Assembly (NCBI GenBank): GCA_951406725.2
Contig: OX597816.1
Coordinates: forward strand, 130,758,001-130,822,000
Source: Octopus vulgaris
Taxonomy: Eukaryota
Reading direction: 5' to 3'
Length of the DNA: 64,000 bases
Shown piece after piece: positions 1-14,003 of the stretch. The notes under the pieces were generated by a model. That model saw only the letters and a program-made list of their open reading frames with translations. It had not been told where the DNA came from and did no database searches. The position numbers and the translations under genes are program-made. Positions within the stretch are counted from its first letter, which is position 1; every line of letters begins with the position of its first letter.

Positions 1-169
1 GGCTGTTGACTGGGAGGACACAAACATGGTTTAAACAGTAAGCTTGACAGGAAAGAAATGTGCCTTTAAGCAGTACAAAAACAACAAAAAAATGGAAGGT
101 TCAGTTATGTACAGGTTGACGGAAGAAAAGCAGGACAAAAACGGCTTTATCGATCGCATTCTCACCTGG

Positions 170-327
170 AATCAATTTTTGTAACATTTTCAAGACTTAT
201 ACACTTATACACGCCCTGATACCGTCGGTATCTACATATCAAATTTGAGCGCAATCGGATGGAGGATGCCCGAGATCCGAGAAGCCACACACACACAGAC
301 AGACAGAACGGATTTTATATAAGAGAT
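170..327 (-). mobile_element. Helitron-like non-autonomous element, 5' portion
   Basis: The minus strand begins A|TCTCTTATATAAAA and has the same layout as the 5' end of the element at 23789-24087. Confidence 0.4.
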
Positions 328-1039
328 TTGTAACATGAATAAGTCATTTATATATAAATGTTCTTTGCCTACATAACCTTGACCCAAGACACCTATTATT
401 AGGCGCATTCGTAAGTGTCCTTAAAAATAAAATGACAGTAGCATTTAATTTGAATACATTTAACTGCTGTTTCTATCAGATCGAGCGTCTATGTAGAAGT
501 TCCCTCGTTAGCCCGTTTACTGACATTTTGCAGTAATTAGTAGATAATGTTCTCCACACGTTCGTATATTTAAACAAGACGCGAATGCAAACACGAAAGG
601 ACAGCCGTTGGGATTCCTTGCATCGTTGAGATGCTATTTTAATCTTCTCGTATTTGCAGCTTCTGGTAGGAATGGGAGACGGGGGTCTCTTAATAACCAA
701 CGATCTCCGACTTTTCTATTCTTTGACCCCAAAAGTAGTGACCTTCATCCGAGTGGTTCGAGTCACCTAAAGTATATAAGAACTACACCGAGAAAAATAT
801 CTTTTACCTGGATGTCATTTTCTTTCTCATCTTTTTTTTCCTTTTGGTATTTTACTCTTTCTTTTTATTTATAATATTTTATTAACTGTTTCACATTAGT
901 AAATGTTCGGTTTCTTCCTAAAGAAGATACACAAATCTGAACAAGCCATGGTGTATTAATAATTAGATTTTTGAGTAACCTCTTTCAAAAATCGAAGTGC
1001 AATAATATTTCAATTTATTGACCCCGAAATACTTAATTT

Positions 1040-1168
1040 ATTTATTGATCCCGAAAGGATGAAAGGCAAGGTCGACCTCGACGGAATTTGAACTTAGAAC
1101 GTAACGGCAGACGAAATACGGCTACGCATTTCGCCCGGCGCGCTAACGTTTCTGCCAGCTCGCCGCTT
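1040..1168 (-). mobile_element. SINE family A (tRNA-derived head, GCCTTTCATCCTTTCGGGGTCGATAAA central domain)
   Basis: Near-identical to copies at 6988-7199, 10938-11160 and 13790-14003. Has a B-box-like G(A)GTTCAAATTCC. Confidence 0.85.
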
Positions 1169-3123
1169 TTGACAGTTTAAATAATAGCTTCTAATTTAGA
1201 CAGAAGACCATCAATCTTTGAAGAGGAGGAGTTAGTCGAATATATCGATTCCTGTAATTGAATGGTACTCTATTTTATCGACCCCAGAGGAACGAAAAGG
1301 AAAACTGGCACCAACAGTATGTAAAGAGACCGGAACAAATATTGCAAGGCATTTTTCCCGATGCTCCAACGTTTTTGCCAGATCGTCGCCTTATTGTAAA
1401 TTCTTTCTCATCGAGCGTTTTCTTCTTCCCTTATTGGCTTAACTGCATTCATAATTCTGAAAGAAGCTAGCAGAACTACGACGTAGTTTTCCAATATACT
1501 TTGCGATCACACAATCACTACAACGGTCACCATCCACCGCTACTACCACGAACGTCTTTACTTGCACGATTAAGTTCTCGTAAAGAATCTGTTTCCATTT
1601 AAAATATTGTTCGATTGTTTTACTGGCGTCTGAAGGCGAATTAGTTCTTCCCATAATTCCCGAATCCGTTTTTTGTTCTGTTTGTGTTTAGGCCGGCAAA
1701 AGGAACGTGGGAGATAAAAACAGAAAATGTTACTTTTGGATGTTTTAGCCTTTTTTTAAGTATCTAATTATCATCTTTTGTGTGTGTGTGTGTGTGTGTG
1801 TATGTTTCACTCGCTCACACATATGCACACTTTTCAAATATAGAAAGAAGCACTCACACACATATATTCTTCTTTATCTTATTTGCGGTACGATTTGCTG
1901 TTATATTTGTTTTAATTCCATTAAAAAACAAGGAACGAATTATAAGTTAGGGTTTTCTAATTGTGTATCGTATATGGGGGTTGATATTGAGATGTTTATC
2001 GTTCAAAAGAAATAAGAAAGTGGCATTAACATTCGTCGGGAGATTGGTGGTGGCACAAAGGATATTAGTCACATGCACGCACACACACACATACCACACA
2101 CACGCACATGTATATATATATATATATATATATATATCATACACACACATATAGACATATATATACATGCATGTATACATACATACACACACGCATGTAT
2201 ACACACATGCATGTATACATACATACACACACACATATATATATATATATACATATATTCATACACACACATATAGACATATATATACATACATGCATGT
2301 ATACATACATACATACACGCATGTATACACACATGCATGTATACATACATACACACACATATATACACATAATTTCGTGTAGTTTGTATGTTTATATGTG
2401 TGCGTGCATGTATATTATATGTATATATATATGTGTGTGTATATATGTATTTATGTGTACACGATCCCGCACGCACACACACATATACACTCATAAACAA
2501 ACACACGTATGCATGCCTAATTTAACCATTATAAAGCATTCATTTCACTCGTGTGTGTGTGTTCTGTTCTCAGAACCCACACACGTTTTACTCCTTGACA
2601 CTCACTTTTCTTATTGTTCACTGTCAATTCAGCCGTCAGGGTCTCTCTCACTCTTTCTCTGTAACTTGCTCGCTCTATCACTAACGCACTACACTCAGTT
2701 GCTATCACTTTATTACGATGGTGGCCTGATAAAGCACTGGCCGGTGTTTTAGACGAAATCTGAAAGAATTACTCGAAGCTTTCATCTCAAATTGTAGCTG
2801 ACGAAGGATTAAGCATGAGATATCTTAATAAAGAAAACAGATGAAAAAAAAAAATAGCCGCAATACTAACAACAAAAAGGACACCCTACAACTTTTTTGT
2901 ATTTCAATGAGAAAAAGAAAACAGCAATAAGAAAACAGAATAACAGCATCAGCAGCAGCAACAGCGACATCAACAGCAGAAGCAATAACGTCATACAAAT
3001 TGGTGTTTTAACTGTGATGTGGATACAGTTTCTTTGGTTTAAACATGTAGCCATCTAGCTTAGAAAATTCTGCGGTAACACACACACACACATAAATACA
3101 TACACACACACACATACACATGT

Positions 3124-3169
<46 letters not shown>

Positions 3170-3283
3170 CTTTTTATATGTATATATATGTATTTAGATA
3201 TATTTCCATGTTTATATATGTATTTATGTGTTCCTTATACATATAGATATATATACATATGTCTATACACACACATATATATG

Positions 3284-3325
<42 letters not shown>

Positions 3326-3466
3326 CATATATATATATATATATATACACATATATATGCACATATATATACCTGTACATATATACATATATATATATAT
3401 ATAAATCCTTTAAAATGTTTTAGCCAGAAGGCCGCGGCCATGCTGGGGCACCACCGCTGAATGAGC

Positions 3467-4410
3467 TACACTAATATATGAATCCACCTCTGATACGTGG
3501 CACTTGATCAACAAGGGAGTTCGATGCTGCTGCCCGCATCTGCGTCTCCTGTCGTGAGGTAGGTTCATCTGGGACTCCCGACAAGAAGAGATACAGTTTA
3601 GTTTTAAAGAAACCCACATCCACACCGTGTAAGTCTCTCAGGCATTTAGGGAGGATGTTAAAGAGCTGTGGTCCTCTGAAACCCAAGCTGTTGCAGTATC
3701 TGGTCCTGTATTTTGATGGTGATGTTGGAATCTTTGGCACCATGCAGTGGCGCCCCGTTCTGCGGTTGGGGTAACTTGAATGCCAAAGTTTGAGACAAGA
3801 CCCTCCAGGATTTTCCAGATGTATATCACCGCATATCTCTCCCGCCTCCGCTCTAGGGAGAAGAGGTTTAATACTTTCAGTCTTTCCCAGTAGCTGATAT
3901 TTTGCATTGAGACGAGCTTCTTTGTGTAGCTTCTCTGAATTGCTTCGAGTTCTGCTGTTAGTTTTATATTGTGTGGTGACCATAGTTGGGAGCAGTAGTC
4001 CAAGCGACTGAGGACGAATGTTTTCCAGAGGACCATCAGTGTCTCCTTCTCTCTTGTTCTGAAAGTTCGGAGAATCCATCCAGCAAGCCGTCTGCATTTT
4101 ATCACCAGATTAGTAATATGCACTTGGAAAGATGCAATCATTGCTCATGTCAATGCCTAGGTCACGCACTGATTTTGACTCAGGGATTGCAATTCTTCCT
4201 GGGCCAGTGTATCCAGTCTGCACGTCGTTTACCTTTGTGTGCCGGTAGCGCAGGGCCTGGAACTTACCTGCATTAAACTGCATGTTGTTGTCCTCCGCCC
4301 ACCTGTATATTTTATCCAACTCCTGTTGCAGATGCGCGCAATATTTTCAGGGTTTTGTATTGTGTGGGAGATTTTTGTGTCATCTGCATAGCTAGCAAGG
4401 GTGGCCATAC
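3467..4410 (-). mobile_element. CR1/L2-group LINE 3' fragment (RT C-terminus), frameshifted
   Basis: Overlapping ORFs contain YADDTK, WAEDNNMQFNAGKF, VRDLGI, LSRLDYCSQLWSP and YWERLKVLNLFSLERRRER. Confidence 0.9.
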
Positions 4411-4416
4411 CTATAC

Positions 4417-4476
<60 letters not shown>

Positions 4477-4479
4477 GTT

Positions 4480-4757
<278 letters not shown>

Positions 4758-4830
4758 CATATTCATATATACATATTCATATATATATATATATATATAT
4801 ACATACATACATATTCATATATACATGTAT

Positions 4831-4870
<40 letters not shown>

Positions 4871-5199
4871 CATATTCATATATACATGTATATTCATATA
4901 TATATATACCATCATCATCATGACGATGGCAACCACCACTGCCGCTACAGCTACTATGGTACCATGGATCTTCTATAATCGTTTCTCTAAGGCAATTTAG
5001 GGAGATAAAATATTTATGTTATCACAGTCTTAGCAGGTTTGTAATGGACACATACATAGATGTATGTTTAAGAAGTTTGTATCTAACTTGATTCTACTAC
5101 AGAAAAGTTTAGCCATGTTACATTTCTCCTACCACAGATATTTCGTTGACCAATGCAGCCCGAATGGAATTTCGTTGATGGGATCAGTACAGAACTCTA

Positions 5200-5251
<52 letters not shown>

Positions 5252-5254
<3 letters not shown>

Positions 5255-5943
5255 AAGGAAAGTCAAAAATTATCCGCACTTTCACCATATCTTTATTGTT
5301 GTCACACTGCCTTCTGCGCATGCGTGCTTATAGTTGGTACTATTGTGGTCATGTGATCGAAGTTTGAGCCTGATCGTGCCATTTTTTTCTGGCTTCACAG
5401 TGTAAGCATGGCTACTCCACTAGCAATGTGTACCAAAGAAGAACTAAGAGTAGTGATCTGATTTCTCTCGAAAAGGGGTACACGATCAACAGTGCATGAT
5501 ACAGTGCTTTGCTGGTCAACAAACTGAAGCCAGCTATTCGCACCAAACGTCGAAGCCTATTGTCGAAGTAAGTTTTGTTGACCCACACAAAGCCGCCCAG
5601 ACCGTTAAAGCCATTAACCAATTGGGTTCTAAGGTGCTGGAGCACCCTGCCTACAGTCCAGATCTCGCCTCTTCCGACTATCATATCTTTGGACCGCTCA
5701 GAGATGGTTTACGAGGTCATCGATTTCCAACAAATGAAGATGTGAAGGAAGCGGTACATAAATTGTTGCATGACCAATCGAAAATCTTCTTCTCGCTGGG
5801 AATACACAAGCTTGTGGACCGCTGGACCAAATGCATCGAAAAATAGGGAGACTATATAGAAAAATCATGTACTTGTTTATCCTCTGCTTTTGTGTAAATG
5901 TATTGAAAAAACAAGAGTGTGCATAATTTTTGTCTATCCCTTG
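5252..5943 (+). mobile_element. Internally deleted mariner transposon
   Basis: ORF 5496-5846 has HPAYSPDLASSDYHIFGPL and GIHKLVDRWTKC. Imperfect TIRs are AGTCAAAAATTATCCGCACT and AGTGTGCATAATTTTTGTCT. It sits in (TA)n. Confidence 0.9.
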
Positions 5944-5948
5944 TGTGT

Positions 5949-6033
<85 letters not shown>

Positions 6034-6382
6034 GTTAATGTTTGAGTCTTGATTAGTTATACACACCAGCTTTCCGGCGGGATTAAAAGATAAAAAGTAA
6101 ACCCATCAGCATTTATCAAAATTAACTGCAACGGAGGTGTGCACACACATTTGTGTATACGACTTTAAACCAAAAGAGGGCAGTACATATTTGCGTACAT
6201 ACAATGCAAAATTATCGTTTGATGTGTGCTTATCACTGTTAGACGTTATATTCGCATTGAATCATTAATCAATGCTACTCAAATATTTCCCAGAAGTATA
6301 GGCTATTGAATTGAAAATTTTAAAACAACAACAGGCAGGAAAACGATCTGAAAAGAACTGAATGAATCATAGCACTACTTAC

Positions 6383-6612
6383 GTACTAGGTGTACGTGCG
6401 CAAACAGAGAATTCCGGGAGCTTATGTGCGTACAATTCCAGCGCATGTTTCGAAATTGATAGCGGCATTCTTGAACACCGAGTTTAACCCCTTCACCAAC
6501 AACTACAATAGCATCGGGTCTTCTTTGGCAAATGGAGCGTTGTTTTGGCACCAAATCAGGAATTTTATTACAAATAATGTTTGCTCCGAACGCCACCACG
6601 GATGACAGGGCC
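6383..6612 (-). CDS. Wnt7: Wnt7 internal coding exon (exon 2), N-terminal part of the Wnt domain
   Basis: Translates to [76 protein letters not shown]. This closely matches vertebrate WNT7B ([60 protein letters not shown]). The acceptor is (TTTA)n-TTTTTGCAG ending at 6613 and the donor is GTAAGT at 6382-6377. The exon is 230 nt, phase 2 in and phase 1 out. Confidence 0.96.
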
Positions 6613-6679
6613 CTGCAAAAATAAATAAATAAATAGATAAATGAATAAATAAATAAATAAATAATTCTATCTACAAAGG

Positions 6680-6876
6680 CACAAGGCCAGAAATTTTGAG
6701 GGAAGGGAGATGGAGATGTCGATTACATCGACCCCAGTGTTCAATTGGTATTTATTATATAGACCCCCGAAAGGATAGAGTCGACTGCGGCAGAATTTGA
6801 ACTCAGAACATAAGGACGGAGGAAGTGCCGATAAGCAGTTTGCCTGGCGTGCTAACGATTGTGCCAGCTCACCGCC

Positions 6877-6877
<1 letters not shown>
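6680..6877 (-). mobile_element. SINE family A
   Basis: Similar to the other family A copies. Lies about 70 bp from the Wnt7 exon 2 acceptor. Confidence 0.8.
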
Positions 6878-6973
<96 letters not shown>

Positions 6974-6986
6974 TAATAATAATAAT
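6878..6986. repeat. (AAT)n microsatellite; similar tracts at 7202-7288 and 7859-7956
   Basis: Direct inspection. Confidence 0.95.
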
Positions 6987-6987
6987 G

Positions 6988-7199
6988 GTTTCAAATCTTG
7001 TCACAAGGGCAGCAATTTTGGGGTGGGGACTAGTCGATTACATCGAACCCAGTGTTCAATTGGTACTTATTTTATCAACGCCGAAAGGATGAAAAGCAAA
7101 GTCAACCTCGGCGTAATTTGAACTCAGAACATAGCTACGGGCGAAATATCACTAAGCATTTCGTTCAGCGCGCTAACGATTCTGCCCGCTCGCCGCCTT
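6988..7199 (-). mobile_element. SINE family A
   Basis: Full head and central domain. Confidence 0.85.
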
Positions 7200-7200
7200 A

Positions 7201-7288
<88 letters not shown>

Positions 7289-7889
7289 GAGAGAGTATTA
7301 CTGTTATAGCGCTGTATCACAACTTATAATGATAATAATAAATGCACTGATGCAGTACCAGACAGTGGAAGTGTTATCATGTACATTGTTTTGTCTTGGT
7401 ATAAAAGATGGGCTACAGTAAATATTCTGCTCAGTACCACAGATTTGCTTATCAGTTGTTTGACCTTAACCAGTTGACCTTGTCCCTTAGTGGCTGATGA
7501 TATGTGCATCTCTGACCACGACCAAATGTAGTGGGGGAGCATCATAGCCGTGTGTTGAAAAGAATTATTAGAGGTTTGGATAATTCATTCACCTTTGGAA
7601 ACATGAGTGGTTCGTTCAACACCCTTAAACAATCCTTATTTAGAGACCTTTTGAGCGGGATGGGCTATTCGACCAGAAGAAAATTCTAACTGGGCCCCAC
7701 CTGCAAGGTCATGCGCTGTTTATTACCATGTCGCGCACATATGGTTGTGATGCGCGTGCCTGGTGTACCCTTATCAGATGGGTAGTCATGATGTGTATAC
7801 TGGGCTTCGTATATTTTACCCCAGTGTCACTTTGATGGCAAGTACTGCTCTCTCACTCAATAATAATGATAATAATAATGATAATGATG

Positions 7890-7959
<70 letters not shown>

Positions 7960-8926
7960 AATAAATAGCTTGTGTTATGATGAAGTACAAATAAGAGGCG
8001 GATTGACAAAAACAAAATAAAATTATGCATACTTTAGTACGACTAAAATCTAAGAATGATAAAATAGAAATTGACAAGAATTTATTCAATAAGGCTTGTG
8101 TGTGTAAGAGTGTTTGTGTGCGTATGGGGGGAGAGAGAAAACGGGAAAGAGAGGGAGAGAGAGAAAGAGAAGGAGAGAGGGGGAGAGGGAGAGAGAGAAA
8201 GAGGGAGAGAGAGAAAGAGGGAGAGAAAGAAAGAGGGAGAGAGAGAAAGAGGGAGAGAGAGAAAGAGAGAGAGAGAGCATTACTATCATAGCGCTGTATC
8301 ACAACTTATACGTGAAATTTCCAGCAGGTTTCGTCTTTGTTTTATATTTACTTTGATATCAAATAACCGAGTGTAAGATCTTCACTAATCTTTTCTATAA
8401 TACAATAGCTGTATCAAACCAAATCAATTCCGAGTTACTGCTTTGGCTCACAATATCTAACCTTGATGTAAGCTCGTACATGCCTCCGTACAATCCATGT
8501 TTGTGATTTTACTTCTGCAGAAGTCCTGTTTTCATTCATGTATATTCGTGACTAATTTGTTAACGATGTGTATTTGCTCCACATCAGTTTATTATCAGTG
8601 TATTAGTAAAATTTATGTCCCTTGCTTTTGCATGTTATTACTTCTCTTATTTTCAGTAACATATTTTAAGTTTATTAGCTCTTCGAAGATTGAAGAGTTA
8701 TACATACAACAATATGGAAGGTCGTCCGAATCATTTTGCTCTGATCTTTATTGAACAGACGTAAGCGAATGCAGCTGTACGTGAAATGTTGCCAAGATTA
8801 ATTATATTTTCGGCTTTAGGAAGAATACATATCTTTTGTTTCGGTTTCTTGTTTGAACGTTTTTCCAAGAGTGAGAATGATGCGTTTGCATCGAAAATGT
8901 TATGAAATATTGTAATTTTGTAACGC

Positions 8927-9332
8927 TGGCGTGGCCGTGTGGTAAGAAGCTTGCTTCCAACAACATGGTTCCGAGTTCAGTCCTTCTGCATGGAACCTTG
9001 GGTAAGTGTCTTCTACTATATCCTCAGGCCGACCAAAGCCTTGTGAGTGGATTTGGTAGACGGAAATTGAAAGGAGTCAGTCGTATTTGTATATATGTAT
9101 ATATCTATGTGTGTGTCTTTGTGTTTGTCCCCACATAACCATTTGATATCCAGTGTTGGTGTGTTTACGTCCCCGTAACCAAGCAGTTCGGCAAAAGAGA
9201 CCGATAGAATAAGTACTAGGCTTAAAAAATAAGTCCTGGGGTCGATTTATTCGACTAAGAAACCCTTCAAGGCGGTGCTCCAGCATGACTGCAAGAAAAT
9301 GACTGAAATAAGTAACGTAAAAGAATAAAAGA
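8927..9332 (+). mobile_element. SINE family B (tRNA-derived head, internal microsatellite, conserved tail)
   Basis: Head GGCGTGGCCGTGTGGTAAGAAGCTTGCTTCC...GAGTTCAGTCC with A- and B-box-like motifs. Tail GGCGGTGCTCCAGCATG...TGACTGAAA. About ten copies or part-copies occur in the window. Confidence 0.85.
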
Positions 9333-10587
9333 ACAAATATTTTGGAAATATTTTTGTTGTACTTGCAAGTATTACAGTCTTAACTTGAGTTAAATCAGCT
9401 TTTTAGATCAAACTTTGGAGCAAACTATTAGGTTCTGCCTAGACTTTCCCGAAAAATTTTGTTCGCGTATCTATGTGTACTAATGAGATCGTGTTTACTA
9501 TTTTTGTCTATTTTTTCCCCTTTGTTTATTTGGATAATTCGCTTAATAATAGGTACACTTTTTTTGGTTCTTGTCATCATCCGTCCGTGTGTCACATTCA
9601 CAATAAATAAAATGCAGCTGTTTTATTAGACTGAAATTAAACTTGAACGGTTGCGAATAGAAAAATAAAATTACTTCATTGTCAAAAATAACACTTGTTT
9701 ATTTCCCAATGTAATGTGATGATAATATAATTTTTTTTTAATTTTAAGAGGTGATGTAACACAGTTAGGTTTTTAATGTGACAAGCTGCTATGTCAGAAG
9801 CACTTTTGTCATTTTAAACAAAGACAGTCATAAGCAGACTTTCAATTTTTTGTTGCAAATCCGATACGTAAGGAGTATACAACAATTCATTAGAAAGGGG
9901 CTCCCTGAGGCTGCAGAAGATGAACATTCTTCAGTATAATGATCCTGAAATTCGGTAGGATTTGAACATGTTAACACGTTTCGACTTAATTGATTTTTGA
10001 TTTAATAAATTCAAAAGATGCAAGTAATGACAAGTGACGGCGTTGTGTCATAAAGACACGTATCCAAGCTACACTGTGGTCAGGTATCGCCTTTTACTTG
10101 AAAACACACCTTCAGTACGGAATTTGATGTTTCTAAGACAAGTGCAGTTCCGCTGATTCAGACTTCTCGTTCTACAGACATTAGCAACAAACAAAGCAAC
10201 GAACCCTCTGAACAACAGCGCAAACATTTTTCACAAGCATTAATAAACTAATTTCAACGGGGTTTTAATCCGCTGTTTTATAAATCACATCCAAGGGTAG
10301 AGAGAGTACAACATATCAGGAAATGCAGTATAGTGTTAAATTACAGTATTTTTTTTCCTGAGAAATCAGCACATGAGCAGATATTCACTAAGAGGGGCTA
10401 TCTCTGTAGAAGTATACTACTGAGTAACAGAGTATTTTAGTTATTCTATATCATAGCTGTTTCTTTCTGTATGGAAGGGCTACCGAATATTTCGAGGAAG
10501 GACTATATCTAAGCTTTCCATGGCTAACGACGCTCATGCGAAACAAGTTCTGGAAACAGGTAATATCTATCTAAAATTTTTTTTTTA

Positions 10588-10899
10588 TTTATGCGCCCTT
10601 TTCAAGCCTAGCCAGGCTCATGGGTCCAGTTTCCCGATTTCTATGGCGTATGTCTTCCCCCCAGCTGGACGGGACGCCAGTCCAGCGCAGCGTTACTCAA
10701 GAAACAAGAAGAAAGAGTGAGAAAAAGTTGTGGCGAAAGAGTACAACAGGGGTCGCCACAACCCCCTGCCGGAGCCCGTGGAGCTTTTCTTTAGGTGTTT
10801 TTACTCAATAAACACCTACAACGCCCGGTTTAGGAATATAAACCGCGATCCTCCGACCGCAAGTCCGCTGCCCTAACCACTGGGCCATTGCGCCTCCAC
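10588..10899 (-). mobile_element. SINE family C
   Basis: The tRNA-like head GTGGAGGCGCAATGGCCCAGTGGTTAGGGCAGCGGAC is shared with the copy at 61928. Confidence 0.8.
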
Positions 10900-10937
10900 T
10901 TTATCTAGCTGCAATAGCTTATGTTTCATTACCGGTA

Positions 10938-11160
10938 CTCAGGCAGTGAGCTGGCAGAATGGGTAGAGTGTCGAAAAAAAATGCTTAGCGACTTTTGTTC
11001 CGGCTCTTTATGTTCTGAGTTCAAATTCCGCCGAGGTCGACTTTGACTTTCATTCTTTCGGGATCGATAAAATAAGTACCAGTTGAGCAGTGGGGTAGTT
11101 GTAATCGACTTATAACCCTCCTCGAATCTACCTAAAAATTGCTGGCCTTGTACCAAAATT
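10938..11160 (+). mobile_element. SINE family A (opposite orientation to the other copies)
   Basis: GAGCTGGCAGAA...GAGTTCAAATTCCGCCGAGGTCGACTTTG. Confidence 0.85.
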
Positions 11161-12779
11161 TCATACCATTTTATAGTGGCACTGCACCTGAACTGGACCT
11201 TTGAATTGTACAGCGCAGGCAGAAAGTGATAGAGAAGAATCAACCCTAGTATATTTATTGAAATCTGGAAGGCGTAACTGCGAAATTTGAATTTCAAGAA
11301 TCAAGATGCGAAATGTATATGGAAAGACCATATACTCTGACAATTCTACCCCTTCGATGCAAATAAGCGACCGGCGAAAAATTAAAAGCATCAAGGAAAG
11401 ATTTAAAGAATCGTAACAATTCAAAAACACGTTAGCTGACTAATTATTATTCCTATAGTTACCGTTTATGATGTATTTTAATAAACACAGATTTTCGAGA
11501 AATTTCTCTTCATTCACACGTCTTCTCCTTTGCTTTCATTATGACATCGAAAATTGCGTTGCACCCCCCCCCCCCCCAACACACACACACAAACCTTAAC
11601 AACGAGGGAACCTTTACGTAGTTGTTCAAGCTGCTGGAAATAGTAGTCAACTAACTCTCAAATGATATCGTGCCACTTAAAGAAAGGAAGCATTCATAAG
11701 CCCTAAAACTGTATCTGAAGTGATATGACACGATTGGAATGTTTGCTCAATTAGGGCCGAAGTTGGGTTAAACGACAATAGTAGCAAGAACAACATATAC
11801 CTAAGGGTATTTCTTGTTTATAATTATGTTCATAATTGTATTTTTATTTCAATTAATGTATTGCAAAGGATTTCAAATTACAAAGCGAATTAATGTAATT
11901 AATCCTCTGCCGTCACAACGTCAATTCTAGGTAAATACTTCTTATGCAGTAGATAAGGTTACTATAGAATATAATCCAATTCTAGTGACAGATACTTTTA
12001 TGAGCGCATTATATGTTATTTGAAACTGATTGAAAGTGTTTTGATCTCGTCTTTTGATTTTTAAATAAATGTCTTTAGGTAATTCATCTATACACAACTC
12101 GGTGGAAATGTGTTTATCAGTGTCAAACTAACGCGTTAGTGCGCACAAAGACACACACACACGCACGCACACACACACGCACACACACACACGCACGCAC
12201 AGATAAATGCATGTGCGGGAAGGGCAGTTAGAGTTGTGTGCCTCTGTGTCTACATATATCGTACACCTATGCAAGCAGTAGTTTGTATAATAGTTAATTT
12301 GTGTGCTTTGCTGTATCGTTTCTCGCTGAAACTACATAATCCTTTCTCGTTTTTCTGTTATTTGTATACTTATCAATGTCTATCAACTTTAAAACGGCTA
12401 AATAATTCAGTAACTTTTATCTTCTTTATTCGGCGGCTAAACGAATCACATATATAAAGCGCTACCAACTATCTAAAGTTATTAAGATTGTCAGGACATA
12501 ATATTTATCACTATTTATCATAGTGACAGGGGACTAAGTTCTGAGGAGAGACAAAGAATACGAAGTTTTGTGTGATATGTGAGCAAAGAAATTGAGCAAC
12601 CACGTAAGGAAGTTTCTGGATGTATATTTCATTTTATTGGGACAATCAGAAGCAAAAACATTAATCTTGGTACGAGATTTTTCTTAATTGGCAAATATAG
12701 TTACGCTAGCCAATGTCGAATCGAAATATATATATATTTATATAAACACTAAACATATAATATTCATATTTGGGCAGAT

Positions 12780-12973
12780 GGCTAGCAATTTCAGGGTAGG
12801 GTGTAAGTTGGTTACATCGATCCCAGTATTCAACTGGTGCTTATTTTATCGACCCCGAAAGGACGAAAGGCAAATTCGACCTCGGCGGAATTTGAACTCA
12901 GAACGTAAAGACGGACGAAATGCCGCTAAGTTTTTTTGCACAGCGTGCTAACATTTCTGACGGCTCTCCACCT
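12780..12973 (-). mobile_element. SINE family A
   Basis: Similar to the other family A copies. Confidence 0.8.
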
Positions 12974-13059
12974 CGACCAAACCAAACCAAACATATAATA
13001 TAAAATCACCAAATGGTCCTTTTGGTTTCACACATCAGATCTGATTTGTTTGAAAATTT

Positions 13060-13780
13060 CTATACAGATGTAGTTTTTCATACAAATTATGGAAAGCATA
13101 AAAACTTTTGAGAGAAATTATCAATAAATGAATTTACAACCGTTTGCAGATTGAATCTTTTGAAATTTCACCTCATCAAATGCGGTCATTTTCGATACGT
13201 CGGAGATTGAAACTGCTATGTATTTCCATAGTAACATATTGAACCTGCGCGAGCGAACGTATTGAAACAAAACAAATTTCAACCAGCGTGAAGAAGTAAG
13301 AAATTGAAATCCATCTTGATCAGTGAAGTAGAGAATTTGAGAGGTCTGGTGGGATGGATACATCGAAACGGAGGCCGATGTAGTGAGTTATTTCCAACCG
13401 GAATATATAGTAACACGGTATAGACATCCGCAAAAACATCAAATGAAAATTTTCGTTGTTGGTGATATATTCCAATGGTGCTACAAGAAAATAGGCTGCA
13501 ATGAATTTGTGTCGGCGCGGAGAAGCTCGAAGGAACCTACTTCCACTAAAAAACATAGCTCTGTTATTTATTGTTGGGTGAAATAATAGTTATTTCTTTG
13601 GAGAGGCGGTACAATGAACTATATGCAGAGGATATGTGGTCCTGGAACGATCGTCGCGACTTATGAACTTCAGTCGGAAATATTATGAATGATGAGTTCT
13701 TCAGGCGCAATGGATTTTTGGCAGTATGTGAATCAAAACTTGGCCGTTGTTTCAATATGAAGTATCATGTCACAACTGCA
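13060..13780 (+). mobile_element. Possible highly decayed Tc1/mariner-type transposase remnant
   Basis: Faint, broken QDGA-like, WP-RS-DL-like and C-terminal motifs appear in the expected order. No intact ORF. Confidence 0.3.
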
Positions 13781-13789
13781 ATATATGTT

Positions 13790-14003
13790 TCTTTACTACC
13801 CACAAGGGGACAAATAAGGACAGACAAACGGATTAAGTCGATTACATCGACCCCAGTGCGTAACTGGTACTTAATTTATCGACCCACGAAAGGATGAAAG
13901 GCAAAGTCGACCTCGGCGGAATTTGAAGCCAGAACGTAACGGCAGACGAAATACGGCTACGCATTTCGCCCGGCGTGCTAACGTATCTGCCAGCTCGCCG
14001 CTT
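13790..14003 (-). mobile_element. SINE family A
   Basis: Near-identical to the copy at 1040-1168. Confidence 0.85.

Noticed and set aside
7494-7520. CTGATGA as a hammerhead core (also CTGANGA at ~2798, ~32703, ~42819 and minus ~56520)
   Set aside because: No stem II followed by GAAA at suitable spacing.
8025-8356. Arg/Glu-rich ORFs
   Set aside because: They are translations of a (GA)-rich tract.
9700-10450. Possible piggyBac C-terminal Cys-rich remnant
   Set aside because: Only one short C-x2-C-like hint. Too weak to support.
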